From Blepharisma stoltei ATCC 30299 (taxonomy: Eukaryota; Protista; Ciliophora), in the NCBI GenBank assembly GCA_965603825.1, contig CBFDEM010000019.1:62001-126000 (forward strand): 64,000 nt of DNA. The letters run 5' to 3'. The notes under the pieces are model-generated. The model did not search any database. It worked only from the letters and a program-made list of their open reading frames with translations, and was not told where the DNA came from. The position numbers and the translations under genes were made by a program. Position 1 is the first letter of the stretch. Every line of letters begins with the position of its first letter. Below are positions 1 through 12,090 of the stretch, piece after piece.

Positions 1-199
1 GGAAACGTTTCGCTTTGGAAAACGACCAGTGGATTACACTTCGTGTCAATGTTGTAGCGGACTGACCAAACACTCCATTAGAGGAGATCATGCTTGCACC
101 TGTAAGAGGCCGATTTTGAGAGGATTGGAGATTATTTCGTGGAGATGTAAAAAGGGAAGACCTTGTTTGCAGTTGTGGAAGTGATGAGCTCGTCTCCAT
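1..199 (-). CDS. N-terminus of a gene running off the left edge (METSSSLPQLQTRSS...IHWSFSKAKRF); hypothetical, possibly SHIPPO/STPG-type ciliary protein
   Basis: ATG at 199-197 in AT-rich context, open to position 1. SFSKAKRF resembles motifs in ciliate microtubule-associated repeat proteins. Not in the ORF track because it has no stop. Confidence 0.6.
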   Translation of the reverse strand, partial: METSSSLPQLQTRSSLFTSPRNNLQSSQNRPLTGASMISSNGVFGQSATTLTRSVIHWSFSKAKRF

Positions 200-384
200 T
201 TTATTTTTAAGTAGATTCTGATATTATTACAATAGAAAATTAGGAAAAAATATCCAGCTAGGGAGATTTTAACTATGATTAAATGAACAGAAAACACAAT
301 ACAAATAAAATACTGGATTATTTTAGAAAAAAAAATTTTAATAAATTTTATAGACTAGAAATATGATTTTTTTAAAATATTAGG

Positions 385-3300
385 TTAAACAACTTTATCT
401 TCGTTGTAACTTTCATCGTATTGGTCGCCTTCATATTCAGAGCTACTATGAGATTTAGAGCTATTAGAACTTGAGCTACTAGAACTGCTTGAACTCTTTT
501 TATGTTTTTTATCACTTTTTTCTTTTTTCTGACCTGCTCCTTTTACAGCTTCTCCATCTACATGGAAATCGATCAAGCTTTTATGTAACTTCCCAAATTC
601 TAGAATCCAATTTTTTACAAAATTCAAAGCTTCTTTATCTTCAACTTCTGATTTTAGTTTTTCTAAATTTTCTGCATATTCTAAAATTTTTTCTAATAAA
701 GCTCCTCTGGTATCTATATCAATATCAATCCCAGTCTGCATGGCCTGGGTCATTTTTTCTTCTACTAAATCGCACAGTTCTTTGCACTGTTTATTCACAA
801 TTTCTATAAACTCTTGGACATTTTCTTCTTCTGCTTCTTCTGCCTGTTCTTGTTCTCCTTCACTGCTACTTGACTGTTTTTCTTCTTTTTCGTGGCTTTG
901 GCTGAATTTTACTTCTTCTAGTAACGATCTTTCTTCTCTAGAAAATTCTTTGCTGATTTCAGCTTCTTTAATAGCTTTTTGTTTTTCATCTAAAAATTTA
1001 TTTCTATAATATTCGTCATTAGGATTTGGGTGGTCTGTAGAATATTGCCCTGATGGGATATGGCGATATTTAATATATCCACGGCTATCAGACACAACTT
1101 CCCATCCTTCAGGCAAATTCGCCCCTAAAGCTTCTTGAGCTATCCAATAATACCCTTTGTCTTCAATAGAATCCATTCCTAAAAACCTTGCATATGTATC
1201 AACACTTTGAAATCTTGATGGCTTTTGCAGCTGGAATTTTCTATGTTTTTCATATCTTTTTCTAATCATCGCCAAACTGACTCCATTGGGAGTAATAAAG
1301 CTTCTCATTGCATACTGTAACCCATCATCATTACATTTTATTGATAAAATTTTTCTCAAAATTTCAGGTGACACAAATTTGTCCCTCCCATAATCCGTTT
1401 GTTTAGACACCCCACTCTGGTCAAATCCAAAAACTGCTGAAATTGAATCTGAGCTTTCAGCCAAATTAATGATTTCGTGGAACACCGAAAAATAATCTCC
1501 CCAATGGGTAAGTTTTTCATCTGTGATTACATTAGTTTCTATAAAATCATTCCTGTCCTTAAAATAAACCCCTATATCCCACCAGCTTCCTTTCCCATAG
1601 CTTGGTATTATATTATATTCTTGCTTCTGTCTCGCATAATAATTTACACTAAATCCTGAGCTTAATAACGGAGCTTTATCATTATCTTTTCCTTCTAATA
1701 ATTCTTTTGACAATGATTTTGCCATGACCCTTAAATCGCCACATTCTGGGGTAATACAAATTGTAGCGATTCCATGGGATTTTAGCATGTCAATGAATTG
1801 GCAGCCTTTTCCATTAGGTGAACGTAATGATAAAAGAAGATTATCTCCAATTGCTTCTATTTCTAAATCATCACTGCAGCGGGTTCAGGAAAAAACTAAA
1901 TAGGAGAGCTCTGGGCGAGGAATTGGGACTAATCCAACAGCAATAATGGTGTTTCCTTTTGTGGAGACTTTTAGAGTAACTTGAGCGTCCATATAGCCTT
2001 GTTTAGAAGCTGATAGTGTAAACATCCCGATTTCATCTAAAAGATAAGTAAAAGACCCTGATTTTGCTAGACCTTCCAATGGGGAGTTATTTTCATTGAT
2101 TCTGAGCTCTAAATAGACTGATCCTAAAGGCTCCCCACTAAGAGCATCATAGGTCATAATTTGGACCTCACGGTTTTCACGGGACCTTAGTAATTCAGTC
2201 ATTACGATTTCAGCTTGGTTTGCTTGAATACTTTTGACTATTTCTTGGTACCCTTCAGCTTGGATACTTAGATCATAATTTCCTTTAGGTATTGACAGCT
2301 CATAAACTCCGCGGCTCATTTCCGGGACAAAATACATTTCCCCACTACCACGGGAAATCCTTACCATAGCCCCAGCTACTTCAGTTTTCAGCTCTGGGTC
2401 TTTTAATACGATTTTTATAGCAGAAATCTCGCGAGATTGTACAGCAATATATACATTTAAGCTAGAATTTTGTAAAGGCTCTTCAAATGTATTAAAAAGC
2501 TTGGTAGCTCCTTTGAATTCTTTGGTTTCACAGACCTCAATTTCATATATATCAAGTGGTATATTTGCAAAAAGACAAGACCCGTCGCGGTCTGTGGTGC
2601 GCTCATAGGAAATTACTTCAGTCGGTTTTGGCTTGTTAGCATAATGTGAAGTAGGCCTTGATTCTTTTCTTGAAGAAAATCTAATACTTCTAACTGACAT
2701 TGTAGTCCCTGCTGACTGTGGTCTCATAGAGGCAAAATTAGCACTTCTAGGTCTTGATAAGGCTGGTATAGCAATAGGCAGTGCTTTTGGTCTAACAACT
2801 ACTTTTATCCCTTTTAAAAACTTTTCTTGGTCACTGTAATCATAAATTGTGACAAATAATTGACAAGTCGGCAGATAATTGGCCATTTTCCCTATGACTT
2901 CTCTGATATCTGGCCATTTGCGAGTAGCTAGCTTAGAATGAAGGGTATCTTTTTTAATAATCCCTTTAATTTTACTACAGATTTGAACTTCAAAGGCGCC
3001 CATTCTTTGGTTTGTTGTGTTGTCGTCACATTTAGATATAGGCTTGATCAAGACTTTTACCATGGGGAAACGTGTTAATACGCCACTCTTTATGGATTGC
3101 GCGAAGCCTGCGTATTTTTCTGGGTCGTGCCGTGTAGTTTCTAAATGTGATTCACAATTATCACAGTGTTCAATTGTGACTATGACTTCGTTTTCTCTGA
3201 GAAATGAATATTCACGGAATTCTCTAAAATTTATAGGAGGCTTAGGATCATCTGCGTTTGGAAAAATTTTTTTTGGAGCTCGAGGATTTTTCTCAGCTGA

Positions 3301-3456
3301 AACACCTGGAAGTAGAGATCTGACTTTAATGGGATATTGGGAGGGTGTTAGACCTGCGACACTGTAGGAATATTTAATTTCTGGAACATGACCTCCATGG
3401 AACCAAGGCTTTGTGTGGAGTTTTTCAAGGTATTTGCCCGGCAAGCGATCCGTCAT
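385..3456 (-). CDS. 1023-aa multidomain protein: Rdx/SelW-like thioredoxin fold (CDNC), beta-sandwich repeats, CEP164-like WW domain, acidic/Ser-rich tail
   Basis: ORFs 1885..3456 and 385..1788 are in frame and joined by TGA 1885-1887 with an open linker (W-TRCSDDLEIEAIG...). Rdx-like motifs VTIEHCDNC, RMGAFEV, LHSK...WP. CEP164-like YARFLGMD..EDKGYYWIAQEALGANLPEGW...DHP..DEYYR. Confidence 0.8.
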
Positions 3457-3740
3457 AATTATTTATGAAACAGCAGATATGATAAAATTAAGAGACTTAA
3501 GGTAAAACTCCGCAGAAATCTCTTTTATGATGAATAATTAGGATTTTATTTCAAAAAATTAAATAATATAATTAAGGATTTTCCAAGGATATTCCCCGAA
3601 ACTGCCTCCGTTTATTTAAACAAAAATATTTTAAATTATTCTTAAACTTCTGTAAAATTCTTCATATCGGTTTCATATCAACCTCAAAATTTCACAAAAA
3701 TTTAAATTTTTAATATAAATATCGCTTTCCCTTTCCCCTG

Positions 3741-4214
3741 TTATTCATAGCCAAGCTTAATTTCTCTTCTAAGCCCTGCTATAATTTTCTTCATATCTTT
3801 TCTCTTAATACAAACTTCATTCGGATTTTTTTTCTTTCATTTTTTCCTAATATCTGGCAAATCCAGCTTTTTAAGTTCTTTCATAACTTCTTTTATTTCT
3901 GCTTCACTTTTAGTAATTTCATTCATTAGAATGGTTTTGCTTATAGGATCATAGTTGTCACATTCCTCAATAATTCTGTCAATTCCTTCTTTTATCGTTG
4001 GGACTTGTCCCAACATAATGTATCCTTCTGCGCAGGATTTTTGAATTGGTGAAGAAAATTCGGTACAGTCCAGCGAAGAATTTAATGAGCCAAGTCGTAG
4101 CCGAGGGTTGGAAATTTTTGGAAGTGCTAAATGCTGGGAGTCACTTTTCCTTTGGACGTGCATTATTTTAGTGACGGATATGCAGGATCTTCTTCGTCGG
4201 TTGTCTTCTCCCAT
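3741..4214 (-). CDS. hypothetical protein, about 157 aa
   Basis: ORF 3837..4214 read through TGA 3837 to TAA 3741-3743 (W-KKKNPNEVCIKRKDMKKIIAGLRREIKLGYE). Confidence 0.6.
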
Positions 4215-4304
4215 GAAACTTGTGGGTCTTATTACAATTCTGTTTTGGCTTTTATTTAGTATATCATAATTATAATGTAATTTTTTAATTATTTTGATAT
4301 AAAA

Positions 4305-5049
4305 ATGATATCAGAAGCTTTAAAAAGAGCAATTTTCTCATTGATTCTGCATATAAACGACCGCTCTTCGAATTCTATGATAAAGGCTGTTGTCTTTGGG
4401 CAAGCTCTAAGACAGCTCGAACTGAGGTAGGTCTTTTATCCAATATCCATGCAAAAATATAAATTCCATGCCAAACATCTTCTAAATTGGCTGTCTATTC
4501 ATCATAATATAAGGAAATTTCAAATTTATTTCATTCAGGTAGCAACACGACCTAAAAGACTCAGGAATCTTAGACCAGGTCTTAAAAAACGCTAATGTCG
4601 TAGTAAATACAATTGGAGGCTATTCCTTATATAAGAGACTATGATAATCTTTATGAGTTTAACGTCACAATCCCTAAGCGTATAGCTAAGCTTGTGCTAA
4701 AAATCTTGAAATTTTGATATATATCCATTTTTCTGCAGTCGGCTGTGATCCAGCAAGCATTTCTTCTTTTTCTGAAATTAAAGATCACTCCCTTATAAAC
4801 ATCTCATAAGTTAATTCAATATGAGCATGGACATTCGAGACATAAAAGCTTAAATGATTTAGAAAAAATCCAAATGGATATAATTGTAGGCAAAGATGCA
4901 TTGAAAACAGAAGATTTGAAGATAAAACCTGTGTCGTTCCTCAGAAATTGATGAGAATTTTGCAGGATTATCAGGCAAAGGTGGATTTGACGATTGATGA
5001 ATGCTTGCATGGGTGGTATGAAAGAAGTGATAGAACTTATGGGCCATAA
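4305..5049 (+). pseudogene. NDUFA9: degenerate copy of complex I 39-kDa SDR subunit (NDUFA9-like)
   Basis: Colinear fragments in shifting frames: DRSSNSMIKAVVFG / ASSKTAR...KI*IPC / DLKDSGILDQVLKNANVVVNTIGG / NLYEFNVTIPKRIAK / ACAKNLEILIYIHFSAVGCDPAS / SLNDLEKIQMDIIVGKDALKTEDLKIKPVSF. Several frameshifts, in-frame stops and a large internal deletion. Confidence 0.8.
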
Positions 5050-5273
5050 GAGATAACTCTAATGCTCTGTAATGCTTTTTAATTTATCTGGAGAATTCTA
5101 AGTAATTTAGTTAAAGAAACAAAATTGTGTATTATTTATTTTTAAAAAAATAGGATTTATTTATTTATTTTTGATTGAAATGCAAAAAATAAATATTAGA
5201 ACCTTGACTCAAAGCATTTATTTAATTAAATTTAAGATTAACTAAATAATCTTTATATTTAGGATTGTGCAAA

Positions 5274-6062
5274 CTAGAAAGAACTTCTGATTTTCTGATC
5301 CAATACTTCTGCACGAATTATTTCAATTTTTCCTTTGAATTTTTTATTTTTCTTCAGAGTAATTGATTTTTTTCCAAGCAATTGATCTGCAGAGGTATAT
5401 CCTTCCCCCATTAAAACATCTTCAAGCATAGGATTAGAGTCCCATACTTCGACTTTTAGAGGGGTATGTATATTATCTCCACAAACATCATACAAATGAA
5501 AACTAACCTGATTTCATGCTGGATTTAAGCTTTCTTCAATAACCTCACTTTTGTAAATTTGGAAATTTTCTTGGCCTTTTCTGAGCCGATAAAACTTAAA
5601 ATAGGGCGAACGGAAGTTAAACGGATCTTTATTTACCAAATTTTCCCCTCTGATCTGAAATTTGAATTGTTCACTTAGATGATGAATTTCGCTATGAACT
5701 ATAAGTTTTCCAAAGATTTCACCATAATTTTTGATGCTAAATGTCGTTGATCCATTAATCATCAAATCAGACAAAGTGAAGGCAACTTTCCCAATCTTTT
5801 GTAAGTAGTTTCCAAAGAAATCGTAAAGGATTATTTTAATTAGCTTGGATTTCTTATAGGTGACTTGAATTTTAAATTCTTTTTTATATTCTGGGTTTAT
5901 ATTAAATTCGATAAGTTCAGTGTGGCCAGCTTCTTCCCATTTCTCTGAATTATCTGTTTTAGTGAACACTTTACAGCAGGTTTTGTGCTTAGAATTAGGG
6001 TCTTCTATCCTTAATTCTTTTGCTTGAAGTGTAAGTTTTACGATAGACTGAGGCTTATTCAT
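5274..6062 (-). CDS. tandem C2-domain (copine-like C2A/C2B) protein lacking the vWA domain
   Basis: ORFs 5514..6077 and 5274..5495 joined by TGA at the conserved LNPxW Trp (SLNPA-W-NQ). Motifs WEEAGHTELI..NINPEY and PLKVEVWD. First ATG at 6062; stop TAG. Confidence 0.8.
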
Positions 6063-6376
6063 ATTATAATAGTCCAAATTACAAAAAAAAATTACGTTTA
6101 TTAAATCTTCATGGCTTATTAGGACGCTATCATAATATTGGAAAATAATGATCAGGTATTAAGGGAATTTTTATATTAAGGAAGTTTTAATCAATAGATA
6201 AATGAAAAATTCTTTATTTTTGTATTGAAATAGGCTGACTTTCTGAGGATTTGCCATATTTAATAGGCTAAATTATTTTCAAACAGAATCTATTTTTGTT
6301 ATTTTGGATTCTAAAAATAAAATATTAATCAAGGTATAATGGATTTTTTCCAGTAAAATATGACTCTATGTTTAAA

Positions 6377-7267
6377 TTATATTAATTTACTTCCCTCTCT
6401 GGATATAATTCTTGACGTCAAATTCGATTTTGAAAGCATCCTAGCCAAATTCTGCACATCCATTGTTCCACGTCTTTTAGTCGTATCATTCAGTTTATTT
6501 GCTTGCAGTTTTTGCTGATTTGTGAGCGACTTCTTTAAGTTCTGGTATCTCTTCGTAAGTCTATATAAAATTTACTCTGCGAATTCTGCTGCCTGCTTCT
6601 TTTTTAACTCTTCAAATCCTAATCTTACTTTCTGTTTTGCATTTTCAAGCTCTTTTTCATGCCTTCTTCTAATGCAGTCTAATTTCAGCTCAATTTTCCT
6701 GGATCTTTCTTCTTGCCACTCATCTGATTTTCCACAGTCCAAATTATTTAGCTGATTTCTTATTCGGTGAGCTTCTTGATAATTTTTATTTCTTACAAGG
6801 GTCTGCAAGATCTTTGATAAATTTAAATACTCAGGTGAATGCTTTGGGATCATAGGAACTGTATTTTCAAGTCTTTTTTTCTCTTCCTCGAATTCTGTTT
6901 CCTGCTTTGCTATTAATGAAGCTTCAGTTTCTTTGCATGCCTGCTTATAGTCGGAAAAAGCGTTCTGCCATGCTTGGACTAAGTCTGAGTACTCTTTTGA
7001 ATAATTTGTTTCGACTTCAATCATTTCAGTGTTTTGACGGGATTTTAAGGCTGACCTTTGTTTTTCAGCAACTGTTTTCCGTAGCTGTAAGATCCTGTGA
7101 TATGAAATGTCAGCTTCTAAGTAGTCTCCGTTTTCTTCTTGCTCTACCCTTTGTTGCTCTAAATGGTCTCTATATATTTTTTACATCATTTCGTTTAGTT
7201 CTTCGATTGTGGAGATAGCTTTTTCAAGATCCTTGTCTGAAATATCAACTGATCTTCTTCTTTCCAT
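6377..7267 (-). CDS. coiled-coil protein with two 15-nt introns
   Basis: ATG 7267. Removing 7170-7184 and 6561-6575 (each with an in-frame TAA) gives one frame ending at TAA 6377-6379. Confidence 0.85.
6561..6575 (-). other. 15-nt spliceosomal intron GTAAATTTTATATAG
   Basis: GT-AG, A at position 10, contains the TAA that ends ORF 6572..7024; frame continues after removal. Confidence 0.9.
7170..7184 (-). other. 15-nt spliceosomal intron GTAAAAAATATATAG
   Basis: GT-AG, A10, in-frame TAA; removal links ATG 7267 to ORF 6572..7024. Confidence 0.9.
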
Positions 7268-7694
7268 TTGGATTTAATTATTTTTGAAAATAAGAAATTA
7301 CTATTAAATCTGGATTTAAGTGTAAATATAAAATTAAATTATTGTAAAGTAAATTTCTATGGCTAGAGTGGTATTTTAAAAATTTGAATTTTGATGAAAA
7401 ATAAGCCTGGAAATATTTGATTTAACAAAACAAGCCTATTTTCTTTCTAAAATTTATCTGAAGATATAGAATGATTTTAATTAATTAAAATTAATTGGCT
7501 AAACATTGTATTTAATAAAATAATCTAAAATATTATTATTTTCTTATAATACCCAAGTTTTTATCATAATATTCCTAAAGAGCTGTTGCCATTTTTCAAA
7601 TCTGTCTCCTAATCTCAAAAAACAACCCGTTTCAAATAATTTTTTTAAAAGCTTTTCTTTTGCTTTAATATATAAAAATTCTATTAATTTATCA

Positions 7695-8174
7695 TTATTT
7701 CCCCACAACAACTTTAAGAAATTCATCGAACCTTGGACTTAACGGTTCATTTTGTACAGATTCCCTTAGGATCTCTTCGACTCTTGCTGGAGAAATATTC
7801 CCTTCAAATGAGGCCATAGTTTCTCTGACATCATTTATACTGATTTTGCTTGATCCGCACCTTTCAAAGTCCTTATAAGCATCAACAATTTTCTCTTTGA
7901 ATTGTTGTTCTATTTTTCGCCGGGCTTGCATTTGGAGCCACTGCTTCAGGGTGAATGATCTTTTTATCTTAGCCTTTTCTGTCATGACACTAATTTCAGC
8001 ATATGACACTGAACAGCCAAGTCCTTGCATCATTCTCCCAATGTTTCCGATCTCGACTTCTCCAAGGCCAGCTTGATCAAATATGCAAAATGCGTTTTTC
8101 GCCCGTCTTAGCTCTTCTGGCGACAAAATAGCCTCAATCTGGCTTGCCTTTATGTTAGATGTCTTATTGCCCAT
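7695..8174 (-). CDS. calmodulin-like EF-hand protein with degenerate loops and predicted N-myristoylation
   Basis: LSPEELRRAKNAFCIFDQAGLGEV...MQGLG and AYKDFERCGSSKIS follow the calmodulin pattern; starts MGNKTS. Confidence 0.8.
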   Translation of the reverse strand: MGNKTSNIKASQIEAILSPEELRRAKNAFCIFDQAGLGEVEIGNIGRMMQGLGCSVSYAEISVMTEKAKIKRSFTLKQWLQMQARRKIEQQFKEKIVDAYKDFERCGSSKISINDVRETMASFEGNISPARVEEILRESVQNEPLSPRFDEFLKVVVGK

Positions 8175-8751
8175 TATTTTTAGTAATATCCATCCGACTA
8201 TGAAAATATGAATTCTTTGGCTTAAAAGGCTTTTTCCTCAACATAAATAGCATTTTCTAGTGTCAAATTATCTTAGCGATCGCTAAAATATTTTATTATT
8301 CCGATTTTCATAAGTAATTCTGGGAAAAGTCTATGGACTTAAAAGCGTTTTTTTCTGGAGGCTCAAAGAGAATAGGTAATGGAAGTGTAGGGTCTCAGAA
8401 AGCTCTAAGGAATAAGCAAAGGAATTAAATTCATGAATTAAACGATTTGAGAAGTGGAGAGAGCCTTACGGATTGTTAGGCGTCTTCCATATTTTTATCA
8501 ACAATATCAGGCTGCACAGAAAAATGGAATTTAATTTTAAATTTAATAATAAATTAGAAAATCAAGTGCTTACAAAGAAAATTGGCAATAGCAAGCAACT
8601 TTACATTTTATTAACATAATAAATAATTTTTTACTTCATTTAGCTTAATTTACCGATTAATTATTTATAAATTTAGAAAGACTAATAGACTTTACTGAAA
8701 TACAAAAGAACTTTTATGCTTTTATCATTAAAAGGTATCAATTTATAAAAA

Positions 8752-10842
8752 ATGGGTAAATTTGGCTTACCTTATTTAAAGGCAGCTTCAGATTTGCTCT
8801 TTTTATTCCAACAAAATTCTCACGAAATCCAAAGACTTCAATCCCTAATCAAATCTCGCCCTCCTTGCCTAGAACAACTCTACGACCTCGATGAAATTTC
8901 TAATTTATCCTCTTTAACAGGCGACATAAGCCAAGCCATTTCAGATCTATTTCCTCATGAATCCTGAAAAGAAGCCTCTGACACAGTTACAAACCAAATG
9001 TTTATCTTATTTGATGACCTCAATAAAGACCATGGTCTCTATACCTCTCTTCTCTCCCTTAAAAATTCTTTTCTTTTCCCATCACTTACTCAATCCCAGC
9101 AGCTTTTTGCGATTTCTCTATTAAAAGAATTTGAAAAAGAAGGGACTCATTTAACTGATTCTATCGTAAAAGACCATAGTTTAAATATACTGAAGCTTCA
9201 GTCACAATATTTAAATAATATTGATTTTTCTAAAGCAAAACTTTTGTTTGCCTTTGAAGAAATTGAATCAATTCCTATGAGTTTGATACCAGAACGCCTA
9301 GGAGATAAATATGATGATTTAATAGAAGTTGAATATGATAAAGAAGATTTATTGTCCATTGTAAATCATTCAGAAAGCCCTAAAATTAGAGAAAGGGCCT
9401 GAAAAGCAAGCGGAAATGTAAATATTTCTAATAAAGCAGTCTTAAAGAGCCTGATTAGTGAAAGAAAACAGCTAGCAAACTCTTTAGGCTTTGAAAATTT
9501 CGCAGAATATTCCATGCAATATAAAATGTTTTCAGGAAATGTTAAAGAACTAATAGAAAATTTGGTAGCCTGTCATGGATATCTAGAGCCAAAGCTGAAA
9601 AACGAGTACGACATTATCCTTGATAGAAAAGCTTTAAATGAACAAATTTCAAGAAAAAACCCAGTCAAACTGGAAGGCTGAGATATTTCGTATTATTCTC
9701 AAAGATATATTGACGAAATAAAAACACAAAAATTAAAAAATTTTACAAAACATTATAATGATGAAAATTTTTTTACATTTTTTAACATTTTTGAAGGAAT
9801 TAAAGAATTATGCTCAAGCTTGTTTGGGATTAGTATCGAAATTTGTATGGCAAATACTGATGAGGCTTGGTCAAATGATATTGTGAAATTAGCATTTTCT
9901 AAAAATGGATCATTAATAGGATATTTGTACATGGATTTATTCCAGAGAAATAATAAGGCGAATAGAGGAGCTTCAAATTATAATATAGTTTGCCCTAAAA
10001 AGGTTTCAATAAATTCTAATGAGCACCAGATCCCTATCAGTGTTCTATCATGCAATTTTTCTCGGCCTGCTTTTAGTAAAGAATCTTTATATGTGACTTT
10101 AGACGATTTTAAAAATCAAGGGATTACTTATAACAATTTAATAGAACTTTTTCATGAACTTGGCCACTCAATCCATTCCCTTGTTAGCCAAAGCGAGTTC
10201 CAAGCATTTTCTGGGACAAGAGTTCCATTAGATTTAGCAGAAATCCCTTCACATATTTTTGAAAAATTTGTCACAGACTATAACTACGTAAGTCGCTGGG
10301 CATTACACAAGCTAAACAATGAAAAAATTCCTAATGAGCTATTTTTATACATGACAGATTCCATTTATATATTTAAAGCTTTAAAAAACCATATCCAGCT
10401 ATCATTTTCTCTATTTGACTTACTTATCCACTCTGAAGAAAACATTGACGCAGCCTTACAAAAATTCAATGGTTTTTTCGAAACCAAAGAATTCGGAGGA
10501 GATTGGTACTGCAATTTGCATCATTTAGCAGAATATGGCAGCTCTTATTACACCTATGTGCTGGATAATGCTTTATCTGCAGTTATCTGGGAAACTGCGT
10601 TTAAAAAATCAGCAATAAATGCAGAGGCTGGAAATTTGCTGTATAAGCATTTATTAATAAAGGGCGGAAGTGAGCCTGGAAAGACCCAAATTGGAAATAT
10701 CTTGTCTCCATATATGGTTTCTCAAGAAGGAGTTACAAATATAAACGACATTGACCCATTTTTAATTATGCAGCATTGGTACAGAACACATTTCAAAGAT
10801 CATGAATTAGTTATTTTAGAGGATTTAAGAGCAAAATATTAA
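8752..10842 (+). CDS. M3-family metallopeptidase, mitochondrial intermediate peptidase-like, 696 aa
   Basis: Three ORFs joined by TGA at 8965, 9400 and 9679 (KLEG-W-DISYY matches the xxWDxxYY motif). LFHELGH zinc motif, FSGTRVPLDLAEIPS, YGSSYYTY. Confidence 0.9.
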
Positions 10843-12090
10843 TTACGTTTGGTCTAATAAAAATTCTGTTGCTATTTCCATAACATAATTAGCTTTAATG
10901 AGCGCTGCTACAGATTTATTTTCGTCATTAAAGCCCATTACTTTAAGTTTTTTTATCAGTTCGGATAAATTTTCACGATGTCCTCGTGGGGTTTCTTTAC
11001 AATCTCTGCCAAGTACCACATAATTTTCTCCTGGGTCTTTTTTAGGAGATTCTTTTATATATTTTTTGGTTTCTTCTGGGATTTTTTTAGATAAAGCTAC
11101 AAAGGTGTTATTGGCGCCTGATTCAAGAGGTTTTCTAGTCTCTACAGCTTCAGCAAAGTCATCTTGGGAGAAATTTTCGATTTCTATAGGCTTTTTAAGA
11201 GGCTTATGATTTTCTAGTGTTTTATTGGGAATTGCATCTAAGTCTATAGGTTTTTTTGTCCGGACGAACTCTGCATCAATAGGTTTTTTGGTTTGGACAT
11301 ATTCTATATTAACTGACTTCTTCTGATGAACTTCAATGGGCTTTATAGGCACAAAAGCTTCTGGAGGCTTTATTTTTAGCAGAGGATGCACATGTTCAGT
11401 ATTTTTTTCGCAAATTTCACACATGTTTATATTACAAAATTTGCACTCATATTTCACTCCATGTACTATAAACCCACAAACTGAGCACAAATTATTTTTA
11501 ATCCTAATTCCAGGCTTAGGCAAATTATTCCCTATAATCTCTCGCAAAAAATTCTGAAAATCTGCAATGTTATTATATTCGCATTGAGTTGAAAAATCGC
11601 TCGTAAATATGGCATCTGTGCCTTTGTCCATAGTTATTGAAGTCTCAGTAGAGTCTTCTTTATATACAATTGATTCAGTTTGGATAGTCACTGAATAATT
11701 GTTATTTGCAGCTTCATATTTTTCTGTTTCTCCTTTTTGAATTTCTTGTGTTCTATTTAAATGCTTAAGAGATCTCTCCATAGATTCAGCATTAAATGTA
11801 TCTGAAGGAGTTGATGTAAAAGAGCTCATCATAAAAGTAGACCTTTTCATTAAAAGCACCTGTGAATCCAGAACTTCGAGCTTGATAGTCCCAGTGCACA
11901 ATTTTAGTGCATCTTGGTACTCATCTTGTGTCTGAATCGTTATTAAATCCCCATCTTCATCTTTATATCGAAATGAAGGGTCTTCAATGCCGAATATTTT
12001 TGATGTTCTTGATTTCACTTCGTTAATGGTCTCTGGTGCTTTTCCAACTCGTCTGATTTCTTCACCTAAAAGAAGCTTGAGAATCGTCAT
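10843..12090 (-). CDS. PB1-ZZ-UBA protein, p62/SQSTM1/NBR1-like autophagy receptor
   Basis: PB1 (FRYKDEDGDLITI), ZZ (CSVC...YECKFCNINMCEICE...HVHPLLKI), UBA (LKVMGFND...ALIKANY), candidate LIR ENYVVL. Confidence 0.85.
   Translation of the reverse strand: MTILKLLLGEEIRRVGKAPETINEVKSRTSKIFGIEDPSFRYKDEDGDLITIQTQDEYQDALKLCTGTIKLEVLDSQVLLMKRSTFMMSSFTSTPSDTFNAESMERSLKHLNRTQEIQKGETEKYEAANNNYSVTIQTESIVYKEDSTETSITMDKGTDAIFTSDFSTQCEYNNIADFQNFLREIIGNNLPKPGIRIKNNLCSVCGFIVHGVKYECKFCNINMCEICEKNTEHVHPLLKIKPPEAFVPIKPIEVHQKKSVNIEYVQTKKPIDAEFVRTKKPIDLDAIPNKTLENHKPLKKPIEIENFSQDDFAEAVETRKPLESGANNTFVALSKKIPEETKKYIKESPKKDPGENYVVLGRDCKETPRGHRENLSELIKKLKVMGFNDENKSVAALIKANYVMEIATEFLLDQT
11243..11335 (-). repeat. imperfect 33-nt in-frame tandem repeat encoding KKSVNIEYVQT / KKPIDAEFVRT / KKPIDLD
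   Basis: Visible in both DNA and translation of the p62-like gene. Confidence 0.7.

Noticed and set aside
8300-8520. Purine-rich island with a 31-aa ORF (MDLKAFFSGGSKRIG...)
   Set aside because: No recognisable homology or structure.
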